Assembly (NCBI GenBank): GCA_028023455.1
Contig: JAQFVV010000003.1
Span: forward strand, 14,198,001 to 14,262,000
Source of the DNA: Epiperipatus broadwayi
Lineage: Eukaryota; Animalia; Onychophora
DNA: 64,000 nucleotides
Direction of reading: 5' to 3'
Every line of letters starts with the position of its first letter. Positions within the stretch are counted from its first letter, which is position 1. Both the position numbers and the translations under genes were made by a program. Under the pieces are notes generated by a model. It worked only from the letters and a program-made list of their open reading frames with translations. It made no database searches and was not told where the DNA came from. Shown in pieces: positions 40,973 to 54,582 of this stretch.

Positions 40973-43900
40973 GGTGCTGATATAGTACGCGCTCGGCGGC
41001 CATTTTGAATTTGGAAACACCCAAAAACACTGCTGGCACATGCAAGCGATAAATGTCATCGACTAGAAACACTAATTTTTCAAAAACGTAAAACGCCTGA
41101 GGCACTGCAATTAAAAAAGGTGGTGGGGAGGGACTACACTTAAAAAAATGGCGGGAAAACGTCACATTAAATAGCCTAAGGTGCTACTACCCAAAAAAAA
41201 AGGGCGGGAAAAGAAAAAGAAGTGAAAATTAAAAAATACTTTAAAATAAACCAAAAACGCTAATTTATATATATATAGTCATAATCAAACATTGCAATAT
41301 TTACAAAAATCCGTTAGAATATAGCGATCACTAGAAAAAATAATATAATGCTATAAATCAAACCTTACTTTAAAATAAACCAAAAACGCTAATTTATATA
41401 TATAGTCATAATCAAACATTGCAATATTTACAAAAATCCGTTAAAATATAGCCACCACTAGAAAAAATCAAACATTACTTTGAATAAACCAAAAACGCCA
41501 ATTTATATATATAATCATAATCAAACATTACTTTAAAATAAACCAGAAAACGCTAATATATATAGTCATGATAATCAAATATTGCAATCGTAAATCTCAA
41601 AAGATTAACCCTATGTTAAAGCATTTTTTAAAAAAAAAAAATCATAAATGGTATTTACCAAAACACGTTAAAATATAGCGATCATTAGAAAAATAATAAA
41701 TGCTATTTTAAAAATATCAGTCCGGTCTATCAACGCTATATACTAAATCAGTATTATAATTTTAAAAAACAATATTTAAAAACTATAATGCTATAAATCA
41801 AACATTGAGTTGTAGCGTTACATTGAATAGCCAAAGGTTATACTATGGAAAAAAAAAGGGCGGGAAAAGAAAAAGAGATGAAAATTAAAAAATACTATAA
41901 AATAAACCAAAAACGCTAATTTATATATATAGTCATAATCAAACATTGCAATATTTACAAAAATCTGTTAAAATATAGCCACCACTAGAAAAAATCAAAC
42001 ATTACTTTGAAATAAACCAAAAACGCCAATTTATATATATAATCATAATCAAACATTACTTTAAAATAAACCAGAAAATGCTAATATATATAGTCATGAT
42101 AATCAAATATTGCAATCGTAAATCTCAAAAGATTAACCCTATGTTAAAGCATTTTTTTAAAAAAAAAAATCGTAAATGGTATTTACAAAAACACGTTAAA
42201 ATATAGCGATCATTAGAAAAATAATAAATGCTATTTTAAAAATATCAGTCCGGTCTATCAACGCTATATACTAAATCAGTATTATAATTTTAAAAAACAA
42301 TATTTAAAAACTATAATGCTATAAATCAAACATTGAGTTGTAGCGTTACATTGAATAGCCAAAGGTTATACTATGGGAAAAAAAGGGCGGGAAAAGAAAA
42401 AGAGATGAAAATTAAAAAATACTTTAAAATAAACCAAAAACGCTAATTTATATATATAGTCATAATCAAACATTGCAATAGCATTTATTTAAATAATTTT
42501 TTACTAATATTTTAATAATTTAAAAAAAATTACCAGCTCTCGATCGCATGGATGGTCGTCCGTTCAGGCTAAATTTGGTTCTTTCTAGATCTCTTCATTA
42601 CTGCAATACCACAAAACATCAAATTATACTTTTAAGATTTAGGTTTATTATTTTAAAGAAGACACCAGTAAAATTAATTTATTCAGGAAATATCGCAGCT
42701 TGATATGGCCTCTTTCAAATTTATTTTTAAAACTGTCTATTTGGGTCGGTATGTATGACGTAAGATAATTTCCAAGAATTATAGTTCGGGATGGGGGCTT
42801 TGTCTTACTAAGATAAAAGAAAGTGTTAAGTTAGACTTTCAAATTTAAAAAAAACAACAACTGTAAAACAGTTCTAATGGACTTTTATGCCTCAAGCCTA
42901 ACTAGTCATGAAATGCAAAAGAGGGTTAAAATTTATTATAAAAAAATTGGGGATTTGGTTATAATAAATTAATGATTTCAAAAAATAATCGCACTGTAAC
43001 ATATTATACATCACAACTTGTACTCATATATATATATATATATATGTGCCGATACATGTATTACTTGTAAGATTTTAGTTTTAACACTTCTTATTATTGC
43101 TAATTCTGTCTATCATTCCGTTTCACCTTCTATGTATCATAGTAGGCCTGTTTGTCAAATTCAAACCCATCCCAGACCACGTGTATAATCCTATAATAAT
43201 GTACTTTGATGTATAATAACGTATGTTTACATGTATGTGCAACATCTAATATATAAATAAATATATTTATATATTAGATGTCGCATATATATACATCAAA
43301 ATACATTATTATAAGATTATATACATAACGATGTTAGGCTTGAAGCATAAAAGTCCATTAGCTGGTTTACAGTTGTTGTTTTTTTTTTAAATTTGAAAGT
43401 TTAACTTAACACTTTCTTTTATCTTAATAAGACAAAGGCCCAATCCGAACTATAATTCTTGGAAATTATCTTACGTCATAGATACCTTGTGTCAGACCCA
43501 AGTATACAGTTTTAAAAATAAATTTGAAAGAGGCCATATCAAGCTGCGATATTTCCTGAATAAATTAATTTTACTGGTGTCTTCTTTAAAATAATAAACC
43601 TAAATCTTAAAAGTATAATTTGATGTTTTGTGGTATTGCAGTAATGAAGAGATCTAGAAAGAATCAAATTTGCCTAATGGACGACCATCCATCGATGAGA
43701 GCTGGTAATTTTTTAAATTATTAAAATATTAGTAAAAATTATTTAAATAAATGCTATTGCAATGTTTGATTATGACTATATATATATATAAATTAGCGTT
43801 TTTGGTTTATTTTAAAGTATTTTTTAATTTTCATCTCTTTTCTTTTCCCACCCTTTTTCCATAGTATACCTTTGGCTATTCAATGTGCGCTACAACTCAA

Positions 43901-44594
43901 TGTTTGATTTATAGCATTATAGTTTTTAAATATTGTTTTTTAAAATTATAATACTGATTTAGTATATAGCGTTGATAGCGGACTGATATTTTTAAAATAG
44001 CATTTATTATTTTTCTAATGATCGCTATATTTTAATGTGTTTTTGTAAATACCATTTCATTTTTTTAAAAATCTTTAACATAGGGTTAATCTTTTGAGAT
44101 TTACGATTGCAATATTTGATTATCATGACTATATATATTAGCGTTTTCTGGTTTATTTTAAAGTAATGTTTGATTATGATTATATATATAAATTGGCGTT
44201 TTTGGTTTATTTCAAAGTAATGTTTGATTTTTTCTAGTGGTCGCTATATTTTAACGGATTTTTGTAAATATTGCAATGTTTGATTATGAATATATATATA
44301 TAAATTAGCGTTTTTGGTTTATTTTAAAGTATTTTTTAATTTTCACTTCTTTTTCTTTTCCCGCCCTTTTTTTTTGGGTAGTAGCACCTAGGCTATTTAA
44401 TGTGACATTTTCCCGCCATTTTTTTAAGTGTAGTCCCTCCCCACCACCTTTTTTAATTGCAGTGCCTCAGGCGTTTTACGTTTTTGAAAAATGAGTGTTT
44501 CTAGTCGATGACATTTATCGCTTGCATGTGCCAGCAGTGTTTTTGGGTGTTTCCAAATTCAAAATGGCCGCCGAGCGCGTACTATATCAGCACC
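40973..44594. mobile_element. Non-autonomous foldback element, 3622 bp, kilobase inverted arms with internal tandem units
   Basis: Starts GGTGCTGATATAGTACGCGCTCGGCGGCC and ends in its exact reverse complement; 8 bp TSD AATTTGTC at 40965-40972 and 44595-44602. Arms are ~40973-42903 and ~43336-44594. No transposase. Confidence 0.92.
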
Positions 44595-44749
44595 AATTTG
44601 TCAATGTTCATGTCAGCGCAATCGACTTCCAGAGACCTTACGATCAAGGTCGACCACAGTCGACGTCTTGGCTACCCCTGTTCTATATGATAGAAACAAG
44701 AGAAAATATCTTGCTTATAATATATTATACAATATTGAAACAGTAAGAT

Positions 44750-47240
44750 TCGTTTTCGAATCTTAAGTTTCACCTTTTTCTGTCGTCTCTCACTGACCGG
44801 TCTATCCCGCCCAAATTTAAACTTTTTGGTATCGAATTGTGTGTGTAGCAATATTAAAAATGTATAAATATATGTAGAATTCAGCATAAACACGCACACA
44901 TTTCGATATCAAATTAAAGGCAATAAATAGGGATAAAATAGTATAATTTAGATTTCTTTTAGTTATATAATTTTGTATAATTTTAATCATTTATTTTGGA
45001 TTATAAAGTTCGTATTTATTGCTTTGTTTAAATTTCGTTTAATAATAATTCTAAAAAAAATCTGATGTAATATTTAATTAAAAGTTAAAATAATCTTATG
45101 TTTCCTTTTTGTCTTTGAAATTGAAAAGCATTGGTCAGTGATAGATAATAGATTAATTAAAGAAAAATTCCCCAAAGTATAATTGGTAAATGTAAAATGT
45201 AAACAATAGAACAGCAGCTTTCTTTAATTAAAAACCAACAAAATGCATTGATTCTCCTCAGGGCAGATTAAGTAGAATCTAAAAATACCTTAACAAAAAT
45301 GTGAAAGATCAAGATAAAAAAAAGAGGCCATCTTAGACTTGCTGGAGGCATGGACTTAAACTTTAGCTTTGCTCTCGATCACTGAGAGTCTCCAAAAGAT
45401 AAAAATAATTTGTTCCTGCCCAGGGTATGACCGAGTAAAGCACCTAGATTATTCTCCATCATGGCCTATCGGATGCCGAACTTTCCATTGTCCATCATAA
45501 ATTCACCATGAAGATCTGCTGCCTGAAATAAATGAGAAAGCTGCTGCTGCCGTGAAATTAAATGAAATATCTAAATACAAGAAAGACTTGCCACTCGTGA
45601 ACTTTTGCTACTAAACAATGGACTCGGAAAACTTCTTATAAAACAGGTACCTGTCTGTGTTCAAACTCTAGAGTACTCTAATAATATGCTATAGCTATTC
45701 TTCATAATACTTATCTAAATTATAAAATGTAAAAACTATCATTTGTATAACTAAAATTGAATAATTAACCTAATGTGTAAATTTCTCTAATAATCTAGCT
45801 TACCTCATTCTATCTTTCTAGGGTACGTATTTCTAAAATCTACATTTTATCTATATTTATTATTTAATTATTGCATGCTAATAATTGTCTCAATGTTCAA
45901 AGTTTAAATCTATGATCGCTTGAAATAGTGAGTGCGTGTCAGATTTCATTAACATTACTTTCATAAATAATTTAATTTTCATATAAACCGACACGCATTC
46001 AATGCTTCATTTATTGTAATGCAGGGGTCTACAACTTCACAAATGGCTGGCATATTAGTTGCAATCATTCCCAGTTTAGATATGTTTTGTATATATTAAA
46101 TCTTAATGAATCATTCCATCAAATTACATTTCTTCGAGAGTCGCCAACGTTCTTTAGTAAATGTTGATAATGTAGGGCCGAGTTAGAAATCTATTTAAAT
46201 CTTATCATAATCGTTTATACTTATACATGTGTTACGTTTTAAAGACGCGATGATCTATTCCACCACAATATTCCGGATTCTTCAGGGTTGAAATTAACCC
46301 CAGTCGTCCTACACAAGCGGGCATAATGGGTGCTCCCGTAGGATTTGACAATGTCATGCAGCCAGCCGGCAAATTGCGACACATACCGCTTGTCCCTGGT
46401 TATGCTTATGTGACACCTTACTTCGTTGGGCCGAGGCAGAGACCAGCCCGACACTCTTATAAACCCCTTCGTGGCATTGCAGTTTCAATATACTGCCATT
46501 CCATATCGCCTTTCTAAAGCGTACCACGTGTTCCTTTACTTAATTTTATTATTCTATATATCTATATATCACTCCTCTGCATTATCTTCATAATTCACTC
46601 TCAAATAAATGTTTGCCCTTAGACATAAAATAAATATTTTAATTAAATAAATATATGTCCGCCGCTACTCTTAAATCTTACTTTAGACTCTTGCATTGCA
46701 AAGGTGTAAATTCCCCAAGGCATGCATTAGAAATACTTACTCGAGAATTTTAGGTAGCTAGATTACGCCCTCAAATAAATGAATTCCTTTTGTAAACAAA
46801 TAAAGAATGTATTCTTTAAAATATACTCATGTTGCAAATCCCGCTACTGAAGCTTTGAATCCCTAAAATATTGTTAGTAAATGATTTTATTAAAATGTGT
46901 TAATAAATAATTTTAAACTATACGTCTGCAGTTACGTTTCACTTATTCGATACCCATTCTATATATTTCCTCGATTATGTAAATATGAATGTTTAATTAA
47001 TATTATTTTGATTATTGGCTAACTCGAGAATAAAATCATGAGTCTCTTGCATATCCCTGACCACCGTGCCTAAGGAAATATTTACTAATGTTGCATCAGA
47101 TGCGTTGTTTCGTGGAACCGATAAACTATGTTCGAACTCAGTACCACGGGTGGCTTCGCTACTCGATGGTGCTGCTGTTCTGTATGGTGGTCGAATTCTG
47201 CACTATGTTTACGAGTCACACGTTTTCTGACCGTTACAAT
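44750..47240. promoter_or_regulatory. CpG-retaining island of unknown function (possible promoter or unannotated gene)
   Basis: CpG-dense, GC-richer blocks at ~44750-44910, 45420-45600, 46240-46530 and 47060-47240 in a CpG-depleted window; GC box cccgccc near 44806. Confidence 0.4.
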
Positions 47241-50200
47241 ATATGCTAGCACATACAAAGATAAAATAAATAATGCACACGTAACAAATAAGTAAAAAAA
47301 GATAATAGCAATATCAATATATTTATTATTTACTTGTAAAATCAATCCAAAGATTTGATTTTGGGTATAAAACAAAAGATAAAACATTTTTAGCATGAAA
47401 ATGATAAATTCTGCTGAAATAATTTACATTTGCAATCCTTCCATTTTTTCTTGTAGGCAAAAAAAAAAAGTGTATTTGGTCTTTTTTTTTTTTTAAAGAT
47501 ATAAATATAGAAGAGGTAATCAGCATATCATGTTTGTAGAATTTGAAGCAAATTTTGATTGACTATTATCAGATTGTGGACTAGTGATTGCACAAGGCAA
47601 TGGTAATTTCTTTTTAGATGAATGAGTATAACAGATATCTTGGACACTGATATGTGATGCAAAGCTGTTTCTAATCAAATTTCTGCATACTTTTTCTTAC
47701 ATTACAATAAACATTAATTAACAATAAAAAACATCAAGCAAAAAAAAAGGCATAAATCCACAATGTAGACATATGGTGCAAAAGGAAGCCCATATAATCT
47801 TTCTCTGTTATTTTCATAATTTGTCGCCTTTCAAGAAATAGTATTTTATAGTCCAAAAATTATAATCTATCGAATCTTCAGAATACCAGTCTGGCTGAAA
47901 ATGAAAGAGTTGTGAAAGTGCAACAGCCATAGAAGTATTTCAAATTAAAATGATGAATTATTCAATACTGTAAGAAAGTTAATTTTTTTAAAGGGCAACT
48001 GAATTGATAATAAGGGAAAAAACATCCAGGCCAATAATAAAAATCTTTTTGGAGTCATTCAATCAAAGAACTTAGCAACATTCACACAATACACAATATA
48101 TATACAGCTATATACATTTTCATTTTGTAAAAATTCACAATGTCTGTTAGAGTGAAGACATCGGCGGTAAATCTGTTGCAAATGCTAGCTTGGGATTATC
48201 AGTTGGACTTGGACTCTAGATAAAAAAAAATAAAAAAAACTTTATTAAAATGTGAAAATACGTAAACATAAAATGGCTTGTTTTATATGTTTATTTTTCA
48301 CCACATTTAAATTCTTAATGAAAAAAAGAAATACTTGATCAATATTTCAATGAAAAGATTGCCATTTTTCTATTATAACTGGAATTGGTAACAAAACAAT
48401 TATTATCCAAGAATTCCATTTTTTTAAAATTACTGTTTTGATTAATAGGAATATAATTTTTTACTTATATTACAATATATATCTTTTGTCAAAAATTTGA
48501 TATTATTTACAGGCATATCTATTAATTTATCATTATTACTGCATGAATATAAAAGCATAAATTAAAAGAAATTTCCCTCTAATCCACAGCAATCTATTGT
48601 AACATTGATTAAGTAATGGCTACTAGATGGCAGTGCTATACCTCATCCAGTGATATCACACTGCACTTCAAACAAATTAAGTAAATCACATAACTTCCAC
48701 AAGACATTTTAATCAGAACAGCATTACAGAATTTCATGTGACTGATGTCCATTAATTTACTTCTAATCTGCTCATATCAAAAATAGTTTTGTAATGAATG
48801 GCATTAGAGAACAAAAAGAAAATAATATTGCTATTATATTTCATTGGTCATTATCATAATTGAGAACACCAAAAGATTGTGTAACCCCAACAAAATTGAA
48901 AATCTTACAAATGATAATCTAGTAATTAAATTGAGTATTTTATCAATTTGCCATCTAAACTTCATTTCCATGACCTGTGTCAAGTTGTAAAGGAAAAATA
49001 AAAAATGATGTGTATTGATTGATTTGTTTACTTAGTAAAATTATATATATGTATGTGTGCAAAGCTGGTCAATACAGGCAGGGTTGTGTCTTTTTATAAC
49101 TAATAATATGTAAAAAAGTAGAATTAAGCAAACTGCAATTAACCTACGTATTCTAATTTGCATAACAATAATTGCCTAACAATATGCAAACTATCAGGGT
49201 TATCAAAAATGCTTGCAAAACTTCTAATGGGGATAATGCAGTCTAGTTATGTTTTAGAGCAGAATGAAAGCAGTTTAAGGTGTGCAGTGCAGTTGCAGAT
49301 TAGACAATTAAGAAAAGAGATGCAGTCAAATCTAATTAGACTGACCCAGAGATATGAGTGACTGGTGAGATTATTAAAATTGAGGTTGAAAAACAGTAAA
49401 TTGCTAATGAAATCACTAATGGAAAACTAACATAAAAAGATATGGAATTGAAATGATGAACTTTAAGTAAAGTGAATAGACATTTATTTGTGTAGTTCAA
49501 CCACTAGTTGAACATACTAATTTACTACTAATTTGTATATATATTATGAGTTAATAAATTCATTAAGTTATTAAAACTTTTGTGTATTGTTTTCTAAAAA
49601 ATAGCTATTGAGTGTATGGCAAAATCTGACCCTGTACATATCAATTGGCACAGTGAAAAGTTTTAAATCTATAAATATCAATTGCCACAGTTGACAGTTT
49701 TTTTAAAACCTGTGAATATCAGTCACACAGCCACCAGAAGCTGCACATATTAGCTATTAACATGGTAGTCCAATTATACCTTTTGATGTCAGCAACCAGG
49801 AACAGTGGCAGATATATGTGAATCATGTGGAAAATACATGATAATAAATAATATTACTGATGACAAGTTGAATGTTTCCATCCTACTGTGAGTGTCCTGG
49901 AATTAGCAAATTGTTTTTGCAATTCAAAGCTGCTGGAAGATAACCCATATGAGAAGTTAGTGGAAAAATCAAATGCATATTTCAAACCCATAATGTATAA
50001 ATACACAGCACATCTTGGTTTTCTTAGTAAAATGCAGTCACAAAATGAAAACATGTGAGCATGATTTAGAACTATGAAGTTTGGCAAAAAAATGTGACTT
50101 TAGAGATTATATAGAAGAGATGCTATTGGACCAGTTGTTATGGGGTATGAGAGACACGAAGCTTAGACAAATGCTTCTAAGTGAATCTACGCTAATACAT

Positions 50201-51476
50201 AAAGCTGCCATTGAATGTGGGATAGTATATGAAATTGTGTTAGATCATGTGCAAGCATTTAAAAATGTGAATGAGGTAGCGAATTCAAGTACATAGGTAA
50301 ATTCAGCAAAGCCACAGGCAATACAGAAGAATTTGATACAGAAGGCTAATGTCTGTTAATGCAAAAAGAAGAGCCATATTTGAAAGGCCATTTGTCAAAG
50401 GTTTGCAATAATGAAAGACAAATGTCAAAAGCTGATTTATCAACATGTAGTAAATCAAAAAGAGAAGTAGAAAAGAATGCCATGAACATGAGAATAATAA
50501 AGGAAAGTGAAGATATGCCAAAACTTTTAGAAGTTAATATTTGTGGACAAATAATAAAAATGTAAATAGATAGTGGGGCAGGTATAACACTCTTGTCGCT
50601 TAAAGGTTGGATAGCTATTGGCAAAAGAGCCAATAATAATATGCATATTAAAAAAACTAATTTAGTGGCAACAGATATTAATGGAAATAAGATTAAATAT
50701 TGAAGAAATGGTATTAGTACTTGTAAAAATGAATAGTCACAATAAAAATTTACTACTATATGCAATAATAAAATATATTAGTCTAATATTGAATGTAGTT
50801 GGTTCCAATCTCTCAGAATAAGCATTGGATGCTTTAAAAGTGCCAAAGTGAAAATTAATGGCCAGAATAAAATTTCAACTGCTATATAAGATGGGTCTGA
50901 CAAGATTAGTAAACTTAGAATGGATGAGAAATGACAAATGTTGCAAATTTGTAAAAAATTGCGTAAAATATAGATGGCCAAAGAAGCAACAAAATGATGT
51001 AGTACTACAAATTTGGAATGCTTAGGAAAGTGTGTCAATGTGTCACGAGAGTATTTTAATGACAGACAGTGTAGTAATTCCAACTGAGAAGAAATGTGTT
51101 CAACAACTGTTACACAAAGGACCCGGGAAATTGTTCAGATGAAGGAAGTACCTTGTTTGTATCAGTGGGGTCTGAAAATGACAAATTGTAAAAAAATGCC
51201 AAGCTTGTCAACAGTTAAAGAATATCAGCACTTCATGCCAAGTTCTGTTACAAAGAAAACTTTGGCAGAATTTACTTATGAAGTGCCAGATAAGGATGCA
51301 TATGTCTATACTAATTCCAGAAAAGGTTAAAATAAAGTATGCAAATTGTGAAATCATAAAATTTAGTTTAGGACAGATCATCTGGATTAAAGATACTTTA
51401 AGAAAAAAATGTATATCTGGGAAAACAAGCAGAATGCTATCTACCCAAATCATCATCATCATCATCATCATTATCA

Positions 51477-54424
51477 TCAACCATTATCAATCCACTGCAG
51501 GATGAAGGTCTCTCCAAGTTTAATCCATCTTCTCTGATTTTTAGCTTCTCTTCTCCACAATACCCCTGCACATTTTCTTATTTCATCCATCCATCTCACA
51601 TGTGGTCTCTTTCTGGGTCTTTTACAATCTCTTGGAATCCTGTTGAAAATTTCAATTGTCCATCTATTATCATCTCTTCTAGCAATATGTACAGCCCAAC
51701 TCCATTTCAATCTTTTAATTTTTTCAATAAGGTCAGTAACACCTGTTTGTTGTCTTACCCATACATTGCGTTTTCGATCTCTTCTTGTTACTCCCAACAT
51801 ACACCTCTCCATACTCCTTTAAGTGGTCTGAAGTCTCTGTATTGCTCTTCTATTAAGTGTCCAAGTCTCAGATCCATAAGTAAGAACTGGTAAAACACAT
51901 TTGTTAAAAACCATCCTTTTCAAACACATAGGCATATTTCCTTTTAGTATCAAGTTATTTCTACCAAAAGCACTCCAACCAAGTTTAATTCTATGATTAA
52001 TTTCCTCCATTATGTTTCCATCTGTATTAATAATCTGACCAAGGTATTTGTAACTGTTAACTTCTTCTAATTCTTCATAATCAATCTTTATTTTCATATT
52101 TTGAGCAAATCGATTAAACATTACTTTAGTCTTTTTAACATTTATCTTTAGTCCTACTTTTCTGCTAACTCCTGCAACATTTCCTGTAGCTCTGAAGCAT
52201 TATTTGCAAAAACAACTACATCATCTGCAAAATCTAAATGACTTAAATACTCTCCATTTACTTTCACTCCTTTAGTTTCCCATTTTAATCCACAAAATAC
52301 TTCTTGCAGCACTGCTGTAAAGAGTTTTGGAGATATGGAGTCACCTTGTCTTACACCTTTCTCAATGTTGATTTTTCCAGTATCATTATGTAATATAATT
52401 GTTGCTGTTGCATTTTTATAAATATTCTTTAAAATATGACAATATCCTGGATCTATACCTTGATGATCCAATGCTTTAATCACTGAAGAAATGTGTATAG
52501 AATCAAATGCCTGTTCATAATCTACAAATCCAAAACATAAAGACAACTCATATTCGTTTGTCCTTTCTATGACTTCTCTCAATACCTGGATATGATCTAT
52601 TGTACTAAAACCACTTTTAAATCCAGCTTGTTTTCTTGGTTGGTGGAAATCCAAAGTTCTCTGTAGACGAGTTGTAATTATCTTGGTAAAAAATTTATAT
52701 AAAACTGATAAAAGGCTGATAGGTCTGTAATTTCTAATATCTTCTTTGTCACCTTTTTTAAATATTAATATTATTACTGCATTCTTCCAATCTTCCAGTA
52801 CATCTTTATCATTTAGACATTTGGTATATAACTTTGCTAAAATTGTTTCTATTTCTTCACCTGCTTCTTTTAATACATCAATTATAATTCCATCATTTCC
52901 TGGAGCCTTTCCTTTCTTCATACACTTAATTGCATGTCTCACTTCTTCATTTAAAATTCTGGGCAATTCGGAAGATGTAATAGATATAGGAGGTACTTGT
53001 TCTTTATTACTATATAATTCTTGATAAAAATCTTCTACCAATTTCATGATGTCATCTCTCTTTTTAGTAATAATTCCATCTTTTTTTCTTATTGCAGATA
53101 TAAATTTCCTACCAATACCAAAATGTTGTTTAACATTTTTGAGACTTTTATTTTCTTCTACAGCTTTCCTTGCTATTTTACAGTTATACTTTCTTATATC
53201 ATTTTCAACTCTTTTCCGTACCATTTTACAAAATTCGAGATATTCAATTCTTTTTAATACATCATTTTTGTATATCTTCATATTCCTTCTTTTCTTCATA
53301 AATTCTCTAGTCTCAGTAGAAATTTTATTAGTCAATTGCTGCTTTTTTCTACCAGCTATGTTTGTTGCAGTTTTTAAAAGTGTATCAGTTATTTTCATAT
53401 TAATTTCATTCAAATCTATATCATGTTCAAAATCTCCTAACACTTGAAACCTATTTGTAAGTTCTAATTTAAATTCATTAGAATGTTTCTGAAGATTAGG
53501 AATATCAACTGTAAATATTGTTTTTCTTAATAATTTTTGTCTCTCTAGTTTTACATTAACACGTAACTTACACCTTACTAATCGATGATCACTTTCTGTG
53601 TTAAATTTATTAAGAACATTACAATCTTGAAATATGTATTTTCTGTTAGTCAAAATATAATCCAATTCTGCTGTACCTTCATTTGGATGCTTCCATGTCC
53701 ATTTCCTTTTAACATTTTTCTCAAAAAATGAATTCATAATATAAAGTTTTTAATTTTCTGCAAACTCCACAAGTCTATGTCCTCTCTCATTTCTATTACC
53801 ATAACCAAAATTACCTACAGCAATTTCATCTTTCATTTGTCTACCAATTCTAGCATTAAAGTCTCCCATAACAATTTTAAAATGTTGTTTACTCTGATCA
53901 AAAGCCTTTTGTACATCCATATAAAAATCTTCTACTACTTCATCACTATGAGAACTTGTTGGGGCATAAACCTGAATTATCTGCATTTGGTATCTGCTAT
54001 TAAGTTGTATAACTAATCTTGCCACTCTGTCTGATACACCATCAATCTCCACAATATTGTTCTTCCACTTTTTATTTATAATGAATCCTACTCCACTTGT
54101 ATTTCCAATATGTGTGCCTTTATAATAGAGTATATGTCCACTTTTTAAATCAATTGTTTCTTCTCCTTTTCTTCTAACTTCACAAAGTCCAATAATGTCC
54201 CATTTAATATAAGACAGTTCTTCTTTTAATTCTTGCAATCTTTCTTCACTTGAAAGTGATCTGCAGTTGTAAGTACCTAAATAAAAAGTCGTCATCAAAT
54301 GGCAGCCTGGGTCCGCAATCAGGGGATTCTTAGCACCCTCCGCCTTCGGCCACCAACCGCTGCCTTGGTTGGTGACTTTACAGCCTCCTGGGAATAAGGG
54401 CCATGCTTTATTTTTGTCTGTCAT
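51477..54424 (-). pseudogene. RTE APE endonuclease / reverse transcriptase ORF with three lesions
   Basis: APE motifs TYNCRSL, VYAPT, GDFNA and SDHRLV; RT motifs NYRPISLLS, QGDSISPKLF and DFADD. In-frame TAA at ~53750, a 1 nt deletion in an A-run at ~52158, and in-frame TAA at ~51819. Confidence 0.95.
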
Positions 54425-54582
54425 AATTGTATATATGTATTGGAAAAATATTTATCATTTACACAAACATTCATTCTGCCTTATCAGGCACTGAGAAGAA
54501 AGACCATGGTGTTTCTTGATCTTAAACTCAGAGGTAAAAAGCCAATAAACTCACCACGCTGGCTAATGTGTGTTGGTGAGCA

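Larger units (their letters stand above)
37367..44680 (-). mobile_element. hAT transposon (Charlie/Buster/SPIN type) with a nested foldback insertion
   Basis: 8 bp TSD TTCTATAT at 37359-37366 and 44681-44688 (Charlie-like NTCTAGAN). Imperfect TIRs CAGAGATGACCAA and CAGGGGTAGCCAA differ only by A/G transitions. Transposase is on the minus strand. Confidence 0.88.

Noticed and set aside
41200-42480. Repeat units as a CRISPR array or satellite
   Set aside because: There are no unique spacers and no cas genes; the units are the internal tandem domain of the foldback arms.
40869-44680. caggggt at 40869 as partner TIR of cccctg at 44680
   Set aside because: Only 7 bp match and the flanks differ; the 37367 end has the exact 8 bp TSD.
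40875-44746. Twin ORFs 40875..41165 (-) and 44495..44746 (+) sharing FLVDDIYRLHVPAVFLGVSKFKMAAERVLYQH
   Set aside because: The shared peptide is just the inverted terminal repeat read on both strands.
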